The notes below the pieces were generated by a model, which did not search any database, had not been told where the DNA came from, and was given only the letters and a program-made list of their open reading frames with translations. Positions 41,736 to 54,959 of a DNA stretch of 64,000 nucleotides are shown here, piece by piece. This DNA comes from Eledone cirrhosa (taxonomy: Eukaryota). Both the position numbers and the translations under genes were made by a program. The stretch's first letter is position 1; each line of letters starts with the position of its first letter. The stretch covers positions 288,176,001 through 288,240,000 of the forward strand of contig OZ024741.1 in assembly GCA_964016885.1 (NCBI GenBank). Reading direction: 5' to 3'.

Positions 41736-42803
41736 CAAAGACATGACAACCTGCCTAGCTTCGGTGATCTACATGATAAATGCATCCAGTAATGTTGTAA
41801 AGTAATTTTTGATAGGAAGGGCATTGAGCCATAGAAAGCTTGCCAAACAAAGGGTTGGGAGGACCCTTCAGCTGTGTCAAAGACATAACAACCCCTCTTG
41901 TGCTGGTGCACTTCGTAGAACGTGGGGAACGTATGTGAGATGCAGACCCATGCGGCCTGACTGGGAGGTCAGTAGCCCGCTTCAATACCGATTCGGTCTG
42001 TGAAGACCCATCTACCTCAGCAGGATACATATCTATATTCCCATCAACATTATTATTGTTTTACATCCTACCTTGCATTGTTTGTAGAAGTTTCCAAACA
42101 CACACACTATCTGGTCTTTAGGTTTTTGACCTGCACTAAACTGATTAACACATGCAATATATATTTCTGTTCTTGCAGATTGTGAGAACATTCTCACATA
42201 AGATTATGAGAGAAAGAGAGCAAAATAGCTTGAGGGAATGGAATAGAGAGATAAAGAAAGTACATATTGCTCTATAAGAGATCATCTAATGAGCAATCGA
42301 TAATTAAACGAAGATAACGATCTCGTTAAGAGTAAAGAGACTATTACAGATTAAATAATCTACTTTTATCTGGATTACCATTTGACTGTCAAATAATTCT
42401 CTTAAATATGTAGGAGGGTTTTAGGATGCGAAAGCTGATGTTTCAGACACGTGGTCTTTTTTGCTCGCTTTTCCACATATATATATGTGTGTGCATGTGT
42501 GTTATGCATATCTGTACTGTGTACCCTATGTATCCTGGTTTTATGTCTAGGTGCAGCATATCCATGAGTCGTAAGAGCCAACTAAAAGAGGTTAGCATCA
42601 GGAAGGGCAGCCAGCTGTAAAACACTGATTCAAAATGTCCTGTTCAATATATGCCAGCATAAAAAAGCAGATTTAAAAGCTTATATATATATATATCATC
42701 ATCATCATTCAACAACTATTCTCCATGCTAGCATGGGTTAGATGGGTTATCTCATTTAAGGCAAGTTAGGCCATGTGACTGTGTCTTGCTCATACAAAAC
42801 TGC

Positions 42804-42845
<42 letters not shown>

Positions 42846-43094
42846 TCATCATCATTTTACGACCATTCTTCCATGCTAGCATGGGTTAGACAGGTTATCC
42901 TGTTGTGGGCAGTGCCTGGTGAGCTGCTGGATGCCCTTCCTAACACCAACCTCATTTACAGTGAGTGCTGGGTGCTTTTTTTCCATGGCGCCTACACAAC
43001 CACTTTACAGTGTGGGCTGGATGCTTTTTTGCCGTGGCACCTCCACGACCACTTTGCAGTGGGAGGGGATGGGGGGGCATAGTGTCTATATATA

Positions 43095-44630
43095 TAGTTT
43101 ATATATATATATATACATATATATAAAAGAAGGAATTTGTAGTTTACTTGAAGTATTCTATGTGGTATAAAGAATTCGAAGTTGGAAACCCATGGCAATG
43201 CAGGTTTGGACAGAGAAAAATTAAAATGTAAGAAACAGGGTTTGTTTTTTATCTTAATTTATTCATATGCCCTAATATCTCTTCTTTCGAGGAAAATAAA
43301 GGAACTATTCCAGTGTCCGATGTGGCTTGCTATACTATGCTGGCTGAAAGTGGTTTTATTATTTATTTTATTTTATTTTTTTATTTTTCTAACCTCTTTT
43401 GTGTTAAAATTAAGGTCTGGAGAGGTCAAAGGGGGCACAAAGTCGTTTCTCTTTAAATTCACTTAGACGCATATATATTAATACGCGCTGACATACACAT
43501 CAATGCATATACACTATTTCTACCAGGTGGATAATGTGGTCGTAAGCAGGCCTATGTGTGCCATATCTTGTGGAGTCCAGTAGCCTTCTATGTCAGGTAT
43601 TATGTGCTTAGTTCTAGTCTATTATTAATTCGCAGGTGTGTTCTGGCTATGATTAATGCTTCCTTAATTCTGAGATTGCTGAGGTTTCTTTCTTTTGTTT
43701 CAACCTTCACTGTTATCTTTTGGTGGTGTTTTTGCATTTCTCTAAGTATTTCTTGAATGAGGAAGCATTAGTGTTAATGTGTTCCTTAATCCTGATGTGT
43801 AGGTGTCTGGTAGTGCTACAACACAGACGTATGCTATCAAGCATATGTCATATACAGAGTCCAGTGTGATAAATGTGACAACTTCTATATAGGTAGCACC
43901 AGACACCTACACATCAGGATTAAGGAACACATTAACACTAATGCTTCCTCATTCAAGAAACACTTAGAGAAATGCAAAAACACCACCAAAAGATAACAGT
44001 GAAGGTTGAAACAAAAGAAAGAAACCTCAGCAATCTCAGAATTAAGGAAGCATTAATCATAGCCAGAACACACCTGCAAATCAATAATAGACTAGAACTA
44101 AGCACATAATATCTGACATAGAAGGCTACTGGACTCTACATGATATGGCACACATAGGCCTGCTTACGACCACATTATCCACCTGGGAGAAATTGTGTAT
44201 ATGCATTCATGTGTTTACACAATTCCACCCATGCATGTTTACATATTTGTGTGCTTGCTTACACACACACATGTAAACATACACATGAGTATCAGTGTGT
44301 ATTAATATATATGCGTCTAAGCAGATTTAAAGGGAAACAACTTTGTGCCCCCTTTGACCTCTCCAGACCTTAATTTTAACACAAAAGAGGTTAAAAAAAA
44401 AAAAAATTAAAATAAAATAAATAAATGATAAAACCACTTCCGGCCAGCATGGTATAGCAAGCCACATCGGACACTGGGATAGTTTCTTTATTTTCCTCGG
44501 AAGAAGAGATGATAATCTCGAAATATCAGGACATGAATAAATTAAGGTAAAAAAAACAAGGCCTGTTTCTTGCGTTTTAAATGTTTCTCCATCCGAACCT
44601 ACATTATTGTGGCTTTCCAACTTTGAATTC
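43095..44630. mobile_element. PLE 3' end (GIY-YIG + pseudo-LTR) present as a long fold-back
   Basis: 43172-43819 is the reverse complement of 43893-44630; plus strand from ~43844 reads YVIYRVQCDKCDNFYIGSTRHLHIRIKEH...LRIKEALII....QIN. Confidence 0.88.
44494..44531 (+). ncRNA. Minimal hammerhead-like motif with mutated core
   Basis: TCCT-CGGAAGA-A-GAGAT(GATA)ATCTC-GAAAT-ATC-AGGA, then AATAAA; core position 4 is G instead of U. Confidence 0.55.
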
Positions 44631-44955
44631 ACGCACGCACGTGTGTGTGTGTGTGCGCGCACACACACACACAGAGTTATATTTTGGAAGGGTCATGCTG
44701 CCAATAAAAAAACACGCACTAGTTGAGTTTCACTTCAACTTTATTATTAGCCTGGTAACTTATCCATTTGTCAGTTAGTCTAATAACCAGATGGTTATTT
44801 AACTGTCATATTTAATTGTCAAAACTTTTTCATCACACAGAAAAACAAGATAGAGAGTAAATGAAACAAAATTGAAATGAAGAGAAGGCACAGAGATGCA
44901 AGAATAGTCCTTGAGAAGGTCACAGAATGTGTGGTGATACAGCTGTGACTATTAA

Positions 44956-45164
44956 CCCTTTAGCATTTAAACCGGCAATATCTGACCAGAATTCTCTTAC
45001 CTCTTTCTGTTCAAACAGGCTGTAACTGGCCACTCATACTGATGTTAAGGTATTGTTCTCAAAATAAATAATATCAAAATCTCATAGATTCGATATTATG
45101 TGAGATAATTATGTGAGGTAAAGCCTTTACTGTGAAAATACAATAGTAAATAAATGCTAAAGGG
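44956..45164. mobile_element. piggyBac-type MITE
   Basis: TTAA TSDs (44952-44955, 45165-45168) and 14-bp TIRs CCCTTTAGCATTTA / TAAATGCTAAAGGG. Confidence 0.85.
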
Positions 45165-45525
45165 TTAAGTAACAATCCATTTACTAACGAAGGAGTGGGT
45201 TAGTTACTGAAATAATAATAATGTGTATAGTTAGACACAGGTGAGAGGAGGGGAAAGTTAATTATATCTACCCTCAATGAGATTTGAACTCAAAACAAAG
45301 TGATGGAACAAATGTCACAAGGTATTTTGTCCAATGCTCTAATGATTTTAGCAACCCACCATCCTTTCCCTGGCTAATAATAAAACAAAAGTGAAACTGA
45401 ACAGGTGAATGTGTTTTCATTGGCAGTATGACGTACCTTAAGTATAAAAATATCTGTTTCAATACGTAATTTTACATCAAGAATCTTGCAAAACAAATAC
45501 AAAAACGAAAAATAAACACATCCAC

Positions 45526-45582
<57 letters not shown>

Positions 45583-45613
45583 TTCAAGGAAACAACAAAC
45601 AGAGGTACAAAAG

Positions 45614-45662
<49 letters not shown>

Positions 45663-45801
45663 ATGTCTATTTTTCCATGCTTACACACATATATACAATA
45701 AATAGAGAAAGAGTTTATAATTTTCCTAAACTATGCTATAAAATTACAGGTGACAAGCTGACAGGGTTATTAGAGCATAGGACAAATTGTCATGCATTAT
45801 T

Positions 45802-45990
45802 TGGTGGATTGGCAGTATCGGTAGAGGGTCGGACGCCATGCTTTCCAGCATAGTTATGTCTCTTTACGGTCTGAGTTCAAATCCCGTTGAGGTTAACTTT
45901 GCCTTTCATTCTTACGGGGTCGATAAAATAAAGTACCAGTAATGCACTGAGTAATTGCTGGCCTTGTGTTAAATGTAGAAACAATTATTT
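45802..45990 (+). mobile_element. SINE family A
   Basis: Matches 28865-29052. Confidence 0.85.
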
Positions 45991-46312
45991 GTTTTGTCTC
46001 TTTCCACTAAGTTCAAATCTCCCTGAGGTCAACTTTCATCATGTTATGGTTGATAAATGCAGAGCAGTGGATTGGCAGAATTGTTACAACTTTGGATAAG
46101 ATACTTTGTAGCATCTGTTCCGGCCCTCAGTTCTCTGAGTTCAAAATTTTGTTGTGGCTTACGTGAATGGTAAACTTAAACCAACTTCGCTCTTAAGTGC
46201 CTTTAGCAGAGTTCATTGTTACAAACATTCAAGTCAGGTCTGCTAATTTGAAGAAACCTTCCACCTTTCCCCTCCATCCCACTAGTCTCATACCAAACAG
46301 CAATATTTATAT

Positions 46313-46480
46313 AAATATTCATTTTATTAAGGCTAAATAGTGAGTCTTGTTACCCAGGAGTTTCGCCTGCTTCTCACACAGGGTCTAATGAGTAACAAGA
46401 CTCCCTATTTAGCCTTATTAAAATGAATATTTAAACTCTACTTCGATATTGAGTACTCTTTTCTCTTGGCTGTCAACTAC
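46313..46480. repeat. Short fold-back in a PLE-end remnant
   Basis: AAATATTCATTTTATTAAGGCTAAATAGTGAGTCTTGTTAC vs GTAACAAGACTCCCTATTTAGCCTTATTAAAATGAATATTT; loop holds a partial hammerhead (minus CCTG...CAGG-CGAAAC...GTA). Confidence 0.6.
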
Positions 46481-47274
46481 ATATGTGGATGTGTGTGTAT
46501 AGAGAGAGGGGGAGAGAGAGAGAGAGATCTGTCATTGTCCCAGATCCTTTAGCTCCTAATGGATATGTAGTGGCCCCAATCCCTTTTCAGGTTTGACCAC
46601 ACCTGATTTCTTAAAGAAAGAGAGAGGGAGATTGACCCCAGTACTGGACTGGTAATTTGTTTCCTGAAAGAATGAAAGGCAAAATTTTCCTTGGCAGGAA
46701 TGATACTGCCAATTCACTTCTTAGAGCCCTGCATAATTCCACTAAATTATATGATAAAATTACAGCAATACAGAGAGAGAGAGACTACAATTTTGCTAAA
46801 CTAGAAAAATCTACAAATTTTTTGTGGAGTGGGAGTGATGAAAATCTTGATATTGGAATAAAAATCAATAAAACTATTCAGTTGATTGCTTTTCTGGAAC
46901 AATAGTATTTGTGATGATAATATCTACAGACTCATAGAAATGATGTACTAAAAATACAAAATGATGGTGATGGTGATTTATATCATAGGCACAATGCCAG
47001 AAATTAAGAATGGGAAAGTCAATGAAATCAACCCCTTTTATCTGACTGGTACTTTATTTTATTGACCAAGGATGGATGAAAGGTAAAGTTGACTATGGCA
47101 GGATTTGAACTCAGAATGTAAAAAGTAGGAACTAATTCTGTAAAGTATGTTCTAACAATTCTGCCAATCCACCAACACCATAATAATAATAACAATAATA
47201 ATAATTTTTTTGGAGGGTTTCTTTAGAAGTTTGTTGCAGAATGAAGCATGTTAATTGGCCCCAGATCAGTCCCT

Positions 47275-47516
47275 GATCTCAGAGACTCAATATATCGTGC
47301 AGGATTCTGGCAGTGCTAGTGACGGTAGAAATTTGGGCACTGCCAGTGAAGTCGTGGACCCCAAGGCTTTTGATGAGAGATATAAGACATTTAGGGACCA
47401 TGCCTAGCACCCCAATGACGATTGGCACAACTTCTGTCTCTGTATGGTGCTCAATTCTAACAGCGCCTGCAAGATCTGCACATTTATTGATCTTTTCCAT
47501 TTCCTTTTCAACCACA
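47275..47516 (-). mobile_element. R4/Dong-like RLE retrotransposon 3' remnant
   Basis: EKEMEKINKCADL...EVVPIVIGVLGMVPK...STARIL. Confidence 0.7.
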
Positions 47517-47559
47517 TGATAATAATAACCTTAACAATGGTTATCATTATAATAAAGAA

Positions 47560-47975
47560 CAGTTGCCATCTTAATAATCATGAGCAACATCTATAATCAT
47601 TATTATACTATCGTAATCATCTCTAACATCAACATAGCGATCATTATTATTACAATGATCATAACATTGTCATATTGATCATTATTATCAACCTCCTAAT
47701 CATCATTGTCATCATCAACCTCCTAATCATCATTATCAACATCATCAACCTCATAATCATTAGCAACATCATCACCATGAACATCATAATGATCATTATC
47801 ATCATTATCAATATCATAACCATCATCATCATCAACATCATAATGATCAATATCAATCATCATCATCAACATCATAATGATCATTATCATCATCATCATA
47901 ATGATCAGTATCATAATCATCAACATCATAATGATCATTACCACCATCATAATCAACATCAACATCATCATAACT
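47560..47975. repeat. Degenerate (CAT/AAT) trinucleotide repeat
   Basis: Direct inspection. Confidence 0.9.
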
Positions 47976-48270
47976 GTTTCTAGCATAGGCACAAAGCCAG
48001 AAAACTTGTGAGAGAAGGGTTAATTGATTAAATCAACCCCAGTAATTGACTGGTACTTTATTTCAATGATGCCCCAAAGGATGAAAGACAAAGTTGACCT
48101 CAGCAAGATGTGACCTCAGAACAAATAACACAAGGCATTTTGTCCCTCACCACACCATCAACCTTTCATGTACCTTTTCTATGTTAGTATGATACTAGGG
48201 TAGAAGTGACATAATTTATATCAGGGTGTCTAGAGTTGATATGACTGATATTGGTGAGGACATGGATTAA

Positions 48271-48486
48271 CCCTTTAGTATTTACATTATATGTACTATT
48301 GTATTTTCACAGTAAAGGCTATATCTTACATAATTATTTCACATAATATCGAATCTATGAGATTTTGATATTAATTATTTTGAGAACAATACCTTAACAT
48401 CGGTATTAGTGGCCAGTTAAAGCCAATTTAAACAGAGATACGTGAGAGAATTCTGGCCGGATATGGTCGGTTTAAATGCTGAAGGG
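48271..48486. mobile_element. piggyBac-type MITE
   Basis: TTAA TSDs (48267-48270, 48487-48490); TIRs CCCTTTAGTATTTA / TAAATGCTGAAGGG; opposite orientation to 44956-45164. Confidence 0.85.
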
Positions 48487-50499
48487 TTAAAACACGATTA
48501 GCTGACCATCTGCTAGTATCTCAATAGGAATAGGTTTTAGACATCAGTTAGCAGAAAATAGAAAAAAAGATAAAAAAACATTGGGATTAAAAGGGAGTGA
48601 AGGTATATGATTAGTAATTTCTATCATTAGATATTACTGTTATCTGACAACATAGCAGATACAATGGAAGGAAGGTGAAGTAGAGAACCATGTCAAATCT
48701 TTAACAGGTTAGATACATATATATGAACCAATAACTTTTGGGAGTCGTAAGAGTGGTGTCATGACATTTCTCAAGCATTTAAAACCTGGCAGAGCACATC
48801 CCTCTCAAGGTTTGAACAGGAGAAAGAGAGAGGCAGTGAGAAAGAGATATAGAGGAAGAATCAGCCCTAGTACAGAACTGGTATTATATTTTATCAACCT
48901 CAACAGGATGAAAAGCAAAGTTAATCTCGGCGAGATTTGAACTCAGGCGAGAGAGAGCAGACAATTAGAATGATTACTGCAAAGCATTATATCTGACATT
49001 TTAATGACTCTGCCATTTCACCACCTCACACATTAGACAATGAAATAGTAAAATAATGAAGAGTTGAAGTGGGACTGCTACCTATGGTACCGAGAGCTAT
49101 AAATAAATCAGATTCAAATACAAAGTATTAAATATCTGAATAAAAAAACAAAAATCAATACCAAAAATGTGATGTACACTAAACAATATATAGTGTGCAA
49201 ATTTTGGTGTTCACTGATGACTTTGCTGCACCTATTGTAGTGCACAAATTAGTTGTTTTAATATCTCACAGTAGCTCATTTTAACTTTGGTATCAAGTGT
49301 TTGCCAGAAACGGTGACATCACTATAAATTATGTAGTGCCTCACCTAAGGCAGAATTTACAGCTCAGATATTGCAGATCTGCAATATAATATAACATAAT
49401 GCTAGGTGGGAGCTATGAATACCATGCTACATAAACCTAGATACTAAATGTGAGTACCAAATGCAGAGTGCAAAATGAAAATAACAATTTTCAAAATGCT
49501 CAAAAATGAAAATGAAAAAGTACAGTATGCATAATTTCAGAATTGCCAAACTGAAATTGTGTTGACTTCCTCTCAGGATGGGTGGAGTAACTGGATCCTG
49601 CCAGTGAATCCATGGTGTCAAAACCTGAAGCTAGTCATGCTCAACAATCATAGATGTCTGACACAGAGATCAATCAATTATGATTCCAACAGGACACAGC
49701 ATTCCAGGATGTTCAATATGTCATCATCATCATCATCATCATCATCACCATTTAATATCTGTCTTTCCTGCTAGCAAGCATTGGATAGGTCTTCACTGAC
49801 CAAGTCAGTACTCTAACAGAGTTACTGATCTCTCAGATGGGCTGGAGGCCTACATCATGCTTACATATGTTTCTCACTGGATGCATTTTATTATAGCACC
49901 AGCACTAGGGAGGTTATGATGACTTTGAAATAGCTGAAAAGTCCTTTTGGCCCTTTGTTTGGCAAGTTTTCTACCACTCTATACCCTTCCTATTACCAAC
50001 CACTTTAATATAAATTGCAATACTGAAAGTTCAGAATATTGTCATGGTTGTCACTATGTTACACTTTGATACAAAATATTTTTATTAGTAGGTTGAGAGG
50101 AGATGGTATTGCTGACTTGACTGCATCTCCTCCCAGTGTCAGTATCCAAGTATTGTAAGTTCATGGGATGTGTGTGTATTCTTGTTCAATCAGAAGAGCA
50201 ACATGTGGCAGTGATAGTGAGTGGAGTTGCACAACTAAGATATAATGCAATACATGAGGTAGGTGAAGATGCTAAGAAAGGACACCACAACAACATATAT
50301 AGAACAGAGGTCCCAATAGGATTGGAGAACACTGGTGACAATATGGAGCAATAAACATCATCATTTAACATCTATTTTTTAAGCTTGCATGCACTAGATG
50401 GGTTGTCACATTCTGTGGTTAGACTGGACAGGTGATCATGTTTAAGTCATACATTCCATTTTTGGCATGGTTTCTATGCCTGGATGTCCTTCCTAGTGC

Positions 50500-50780
50500 T
50501 AACCACTTTATAGCTTGCACTGGCAGCATTTTATTATGGCACTAGTACTACCACTTTACTGTGTGCACTGGGTGATATTATCATGACATCAGTCCAACTT
50601 TACTGTGTGCACTGGGTGACATTATCATGACATCAGTCCCACTTTACTGTGTGCACTGGGAGCATTTTATTGTGACAACAGCACTATGAACATCCAGGGT
50701 GGACTGGGAGCATTTTATCATGGCACCAACACTACCACTTTACAGAGTGTACAGGGAATATTCTATCATGACATCAGATC
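50500..50780. repeat. ~45-bp tandem array derived from the SINE/RTE 3' segment
   Basis: CACTTTACTGTGTGCACTGGG...TTATCATGACATCAGTC repeated about 5-6 times after a degraded tail at 50355-50500. Confidence 0.7.
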
Positions 50781-51533
50781 AATAAACAATTCTTTCCAGA
50801 CATCTGAAAGATATTACTCTAATAAGTAACAAAAGTGATATACATACAAGAAGCAGAATTTGAACTCCTACATTCACTCAATAGAAAGACTGAGTTGAGT
50901 AAACCCACCACCAATGCCATCACCAGAATGAGAATAAAATAAAATAAAATTCTACCAGATAAACACACCCACCCATCCACAATCTAATACACAAACAAAC
51001 ACACATACGCACACACATTTGTGTTGACATTAGCAAAAACGAAAACAAACAAATGAAAACAAAAAGTAAATAAATAAAAAAAATAGCAGCTGCAATGAAA
51101 ATGTAAACAGTAACATGACAACAGACACTGGACAACAGATACATGGTTGACAACAGACACACACTGGACAACAGACACATGCTTTCACAACACATACGCT
51201 GGACAAGAGATATACTTGACAGCATAACAAAGACAAGAAGGAAAGATAATCAGCTGGAGTTCGAGAAATCATTGATAAAGTCACAGCAGTGTGGCAAAAG
51301 ATTTCTGACAAATTCATTAAAAGCTGAACAACAAAAAGGGAACTAAAACTAGTCTATGTGTGAATGTGTGTGAATGTGTGTGAATGTGTTTAATAGAGCA
51401 AATTCCTGCTCCAAAAATGCAATATTGGTTATAGGACACAGTTTCATATAAAGAAATATTGCTATACAGAAACCATCTATATACATACCTATCTAATCTA
51501 AATAAATAAATTTATACACACACACACATATAC

Positions 51534-51562
<29 letters not shown>

Positions 51563-51566
<4 letters not shown>

Positions 51567-51920
51567 AAGAAAAAGAGATGAAATCGAAAATGCAACTGGA
51601 GTCTTATTTAAAAAAAAAATATATATATTTATTTGGTTCCTTTACCAGTTTCGCAGTTCTTCTGCTTTTCAAAAGGTGAGTTGAGATGGAGGGTCTGTGG
51701 TTTTTCTCACTGTGAGAAAAACCACAGACCCTCCATCTCAACTCACCTTTTGAAAAGCAGAAGAACTGCGAAACCGGTAAAGGAACCAAATAAATATATA
51801 TATTTTTTTAAAAAATAAGACTCCAGTTGCATTTTCGATTTCATCTCATTTTCTTTATACTTTCACTCGTGTAGGACACCTCGGTTATTTTTCAATTTAT
51901 AAAAAAAACCTCACTTTCTA
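51563..51920. mobile_element. PLE pseudo-LTR as a near-perfect palindrome
   Basis: 51563-51710 vs 51712-51859, centre TTCTCAC-T-GTGAGAA; same family as 16903-17050. Confidence 0.88.
51746..51783 (+). ncRNA. Minimal type-I hammerhead ribozyme motif, U3-A8 variant
   Basis: CCTT-TTGAAAA-GCAG(AAGAA)CTGC-GAAAC-CG-GTA-AAGG. Confidence 0.75.
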
Positions 51921-54039
51921 ATATATATATATATATACATACACACATATCATTATATAAATGTATGTGTATATATATATATACAAATTATACACACCTG
52001 AGAGTCAGTTAGATGGTGTAGAGCTCCAGGTGACAAGTGATCAGCAGGAAAAGAAATGACAAAACTCAGAGGGAAGAGGTGAGAGGGAGGAAGAGGAGAC
52101 AGTAGTAGAACAACAACAGCAAGTAACACCACATAGACAGTAATTTTTTAGTATGAAATTAATTAATTAGTCAACTCCGATTAGTCTGTTACATAACCAC
52201 ATGTGACTAACTAACCTCTATAGTGTAGTTCATTCAGTGCATACAAATTCCAAATGTTATAATGTATTAAAAAAAAAAGTCGGGGATTTCCACAGAGACA
52301 CAGACACATTTTTAATCTATCAAACTCACCAATATGTATACATATTATATGGATAGAGTATAAGTGTGTGTGTGTTATTTGCACCAACCTGAGAGTGACA
52401 AAGTGTAAACAAGAGCAATAATAATAACTGGAAGAAAAAAAATGATTCAACAAGAACGTTACATAATTGCTCAACTTGTCAGAAATTAGCAATAAGATGT
52501 CCCTCAAACATAAGAAAAAAAGGACTCACTGAATAATGTAACCCAGGTTACAGTATGCTTGAAAAAGATATGATGATGAGATGGTCATAGTTGGGAATAC
52601 TTTCGATCATATACCTGTTAGATCAGAGCTGATTAGGGTCATAACAATAAAAACAACAACAAATGAAAGAGAAACAATTTCACTACTGTATTGAGAAATG
52701 TTTCATTACCAATACTGTGTTGACAAAATTAGGCCACTAATGAAGAAATGTTGGTTATTGTCTTGTTTAGATGACAAAGATAAAAGAAAGTGAATTTGAT
52801 TCTTATCCTTGTTCTTGATTACAACAAATACAGTGCGTCTTAGCTACCAGAGGTGCTGGGTGGCTGCCTTAGCCACCAAGCGTACTGGGTCTCCAGGATA
52901 CTGACTAGGCAGATGTCTCGGGGCTCTGTCAATTTTATTTATTTATTTTTTGCTGTAGTAGGGTAAAAAACTGAAATAACTGAGGGGTCCCAGGGCCCCA
53001 ACCATGGTTTAACACAGCCCAAAAGGGTTAAGGCTGACTAGGCCAAAGCTAACGGGCCCTATTTATTGTTTGCTTTTGTTTTTTGCTGTAGTTGGGTGAA
53101 AGATTGAAATGCCAGAATGGTCCCAAAATAACAGAAAGCTTAGAGGCCTAACCATGGGTTAACATAGCCCAGTCTACAGATACTGGGTGTGTTGGATATC
53201 AGAGATACTGGGTCTCCCACTAAAAGCAATAATCAAAGCTATTAAAAACAAGGAATCAAAGAATCTGCCCATGTCCTGACCTTATAATAATCACCTTCAC
53301 CTACTTAAACACAAATTCCCAGGACATAGGAATGGAATTTGGCCAAAAATAACTGTTTTTCTCCGACTGTAAAACAAAGTAAGAGTAACGAATCAGTTTG
53401 ACAACAAATCTATCAACAGTTTAGTAATTTCTCCAATATTTGGCGATGAATGCATGAATGCCACAAGTATCTCAGGGGGGATTTATGAAAACATGGTGCT
53501 CTGATGTGATAAGAGAAGGCATAACCAAGAAATACTGGAATGAGAAATGATACCATTCAGGATACTCTCTCCTCCTTTAACTAATTAAAACCAAAAGATT
53601 CACACTTTATATGCACAGTAAATCAATAACTTACAATATCAAAATATGAGAATACCAAATGTAAAAAAAAACTACAACAATAGTCAATCATTATAAATAA
53701 TAGCTAAGAGAATCAGTTAAAATACTTTTTTCTATCTCTAAAAGTAAAATTTCTGCGATTCTTTCACCTATTATTTATAGCAAGTGACTGTTATTGCAGA
53801 TGTTTTCTGTATTCAAATTTCAAATCTCCCAGCACTTCAACAATTCGTACAGTTTGATAACTAACAATATGTTTTTAGAGTAACATGAATGCCAACATTT
53901 GGTTTACTTAGTTGCTGTTGTTCTTTAACTCAAATCCAGCCTGGATCCAGCAAACCTATGATTAACCCTTTTGTTACCATATTTCTAATGATATACAATG
54001 TCCATGTGTTTCAATTATATTTTAAAATAATCAAGAAAT

Positions 54040-54295
54040 CCGATACTATGGGCATGAGGTTAGAATGTCTCAGGAAAGAATCGCTGGACAGATTTTATGG
54101 GCAAAACCAACAGGCAAGAGACCCAGGGGTAGATCCTGAGCAAGATGGTTGGATAACATCCATGAGCTTGGTTGGTCTTGCCTGGTGATCCAGCCGGATC
54201 AGTTGGAGATAGTTGCTTCTGACAGGACCCATTGGAAGGAGTGTTTGAGGACTTTGCTCCTACAACCCTCTCAGGAAGAAGAACAACAACAACTT
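54040..54295 (+). mobile_element. 3' end of a third RTE-like LINE with (CAA)n tail
   Basis: RYYGHEVRMSQERIAGQILWAKPTGKRPRGRS*ARWLDNI...; tail GAAGAACAACAACAAC. Confidence 0.75.
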
Positions 54296-54334
54296 GACTA
54301 GATTTAGTAATATAACTAACTTTCCTATTATTTA

Positions 54335-54520
54335 TGGTTTGGCAGTATCGGTAGAGCATCAGACACCATGTTTTGCAGCATAGTTATGGCCCTTTGCGTT
54401 CTGAGTTCAAATCTGCCGAGGTTAACTTTGCCTTTCATCCTTACGAGGTCGATAAAATAAAGTACCAGTGATGCACTGGGGTAATCGCTGGCCTTGTGCC
54501 AAAAGTAGAAACTCTTATTT
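54335..54520 (+). mobile_element. SINE family A
   Basis: Matches 28865-29052. Confidence 0.85.
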
Positions 54521-54959
54521 AGCTGGTGTTTGAAACCTAACTTAATAAGAGTTCTTAAATAAAATTATGATTGAAGGTCTTGTATTATAGAAATTGTGGT
54601 GGTTTCAGGTGGTTGGCTCTCAAAATGGATAAAGACATTCTAGCTATGAATATTGTCTTTTTTTTTCTTTTTCAAATAGTCTGTTTCTTATTGTTTAGAA
54701 TAGTTAAAGTGCATCTCTGTGTATTATAAGAGTTGACTAACAAGGTTTGGTGTCAGGAGAAGCAACCAGCTATAAAAAAAAAACTGCCTCAAAATATTCC
54801 TTCCAGCCCATGCTAATATGGAAAATTGAACATAAAAGCAATGATGATGATGTTGATAATGACTGTATCTAGCATCACATTGTCCAAATATCCTTCCTTC
54901 CTGAAAATGGTGTGATCTGAGCTAGAGATCTAAGACTGAGATATACAATCTTGGACTGA

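Noticed and set aside
47659-47992. His-, Met- or Asp-rich ORFs
   Set aside because: Translations of a degenerate CAT repeat
51143-51346. C2H2 zinc finger suggested by QQCGKRFLTNS on the plus strand
   Set aside because: Lacks the first Cys and both His ligands; chance resemblance
51604-51818. Pair of near-identical 61-aa ORFs on opposite strands
   Set aside because: Consequence of the palindrome, not genes
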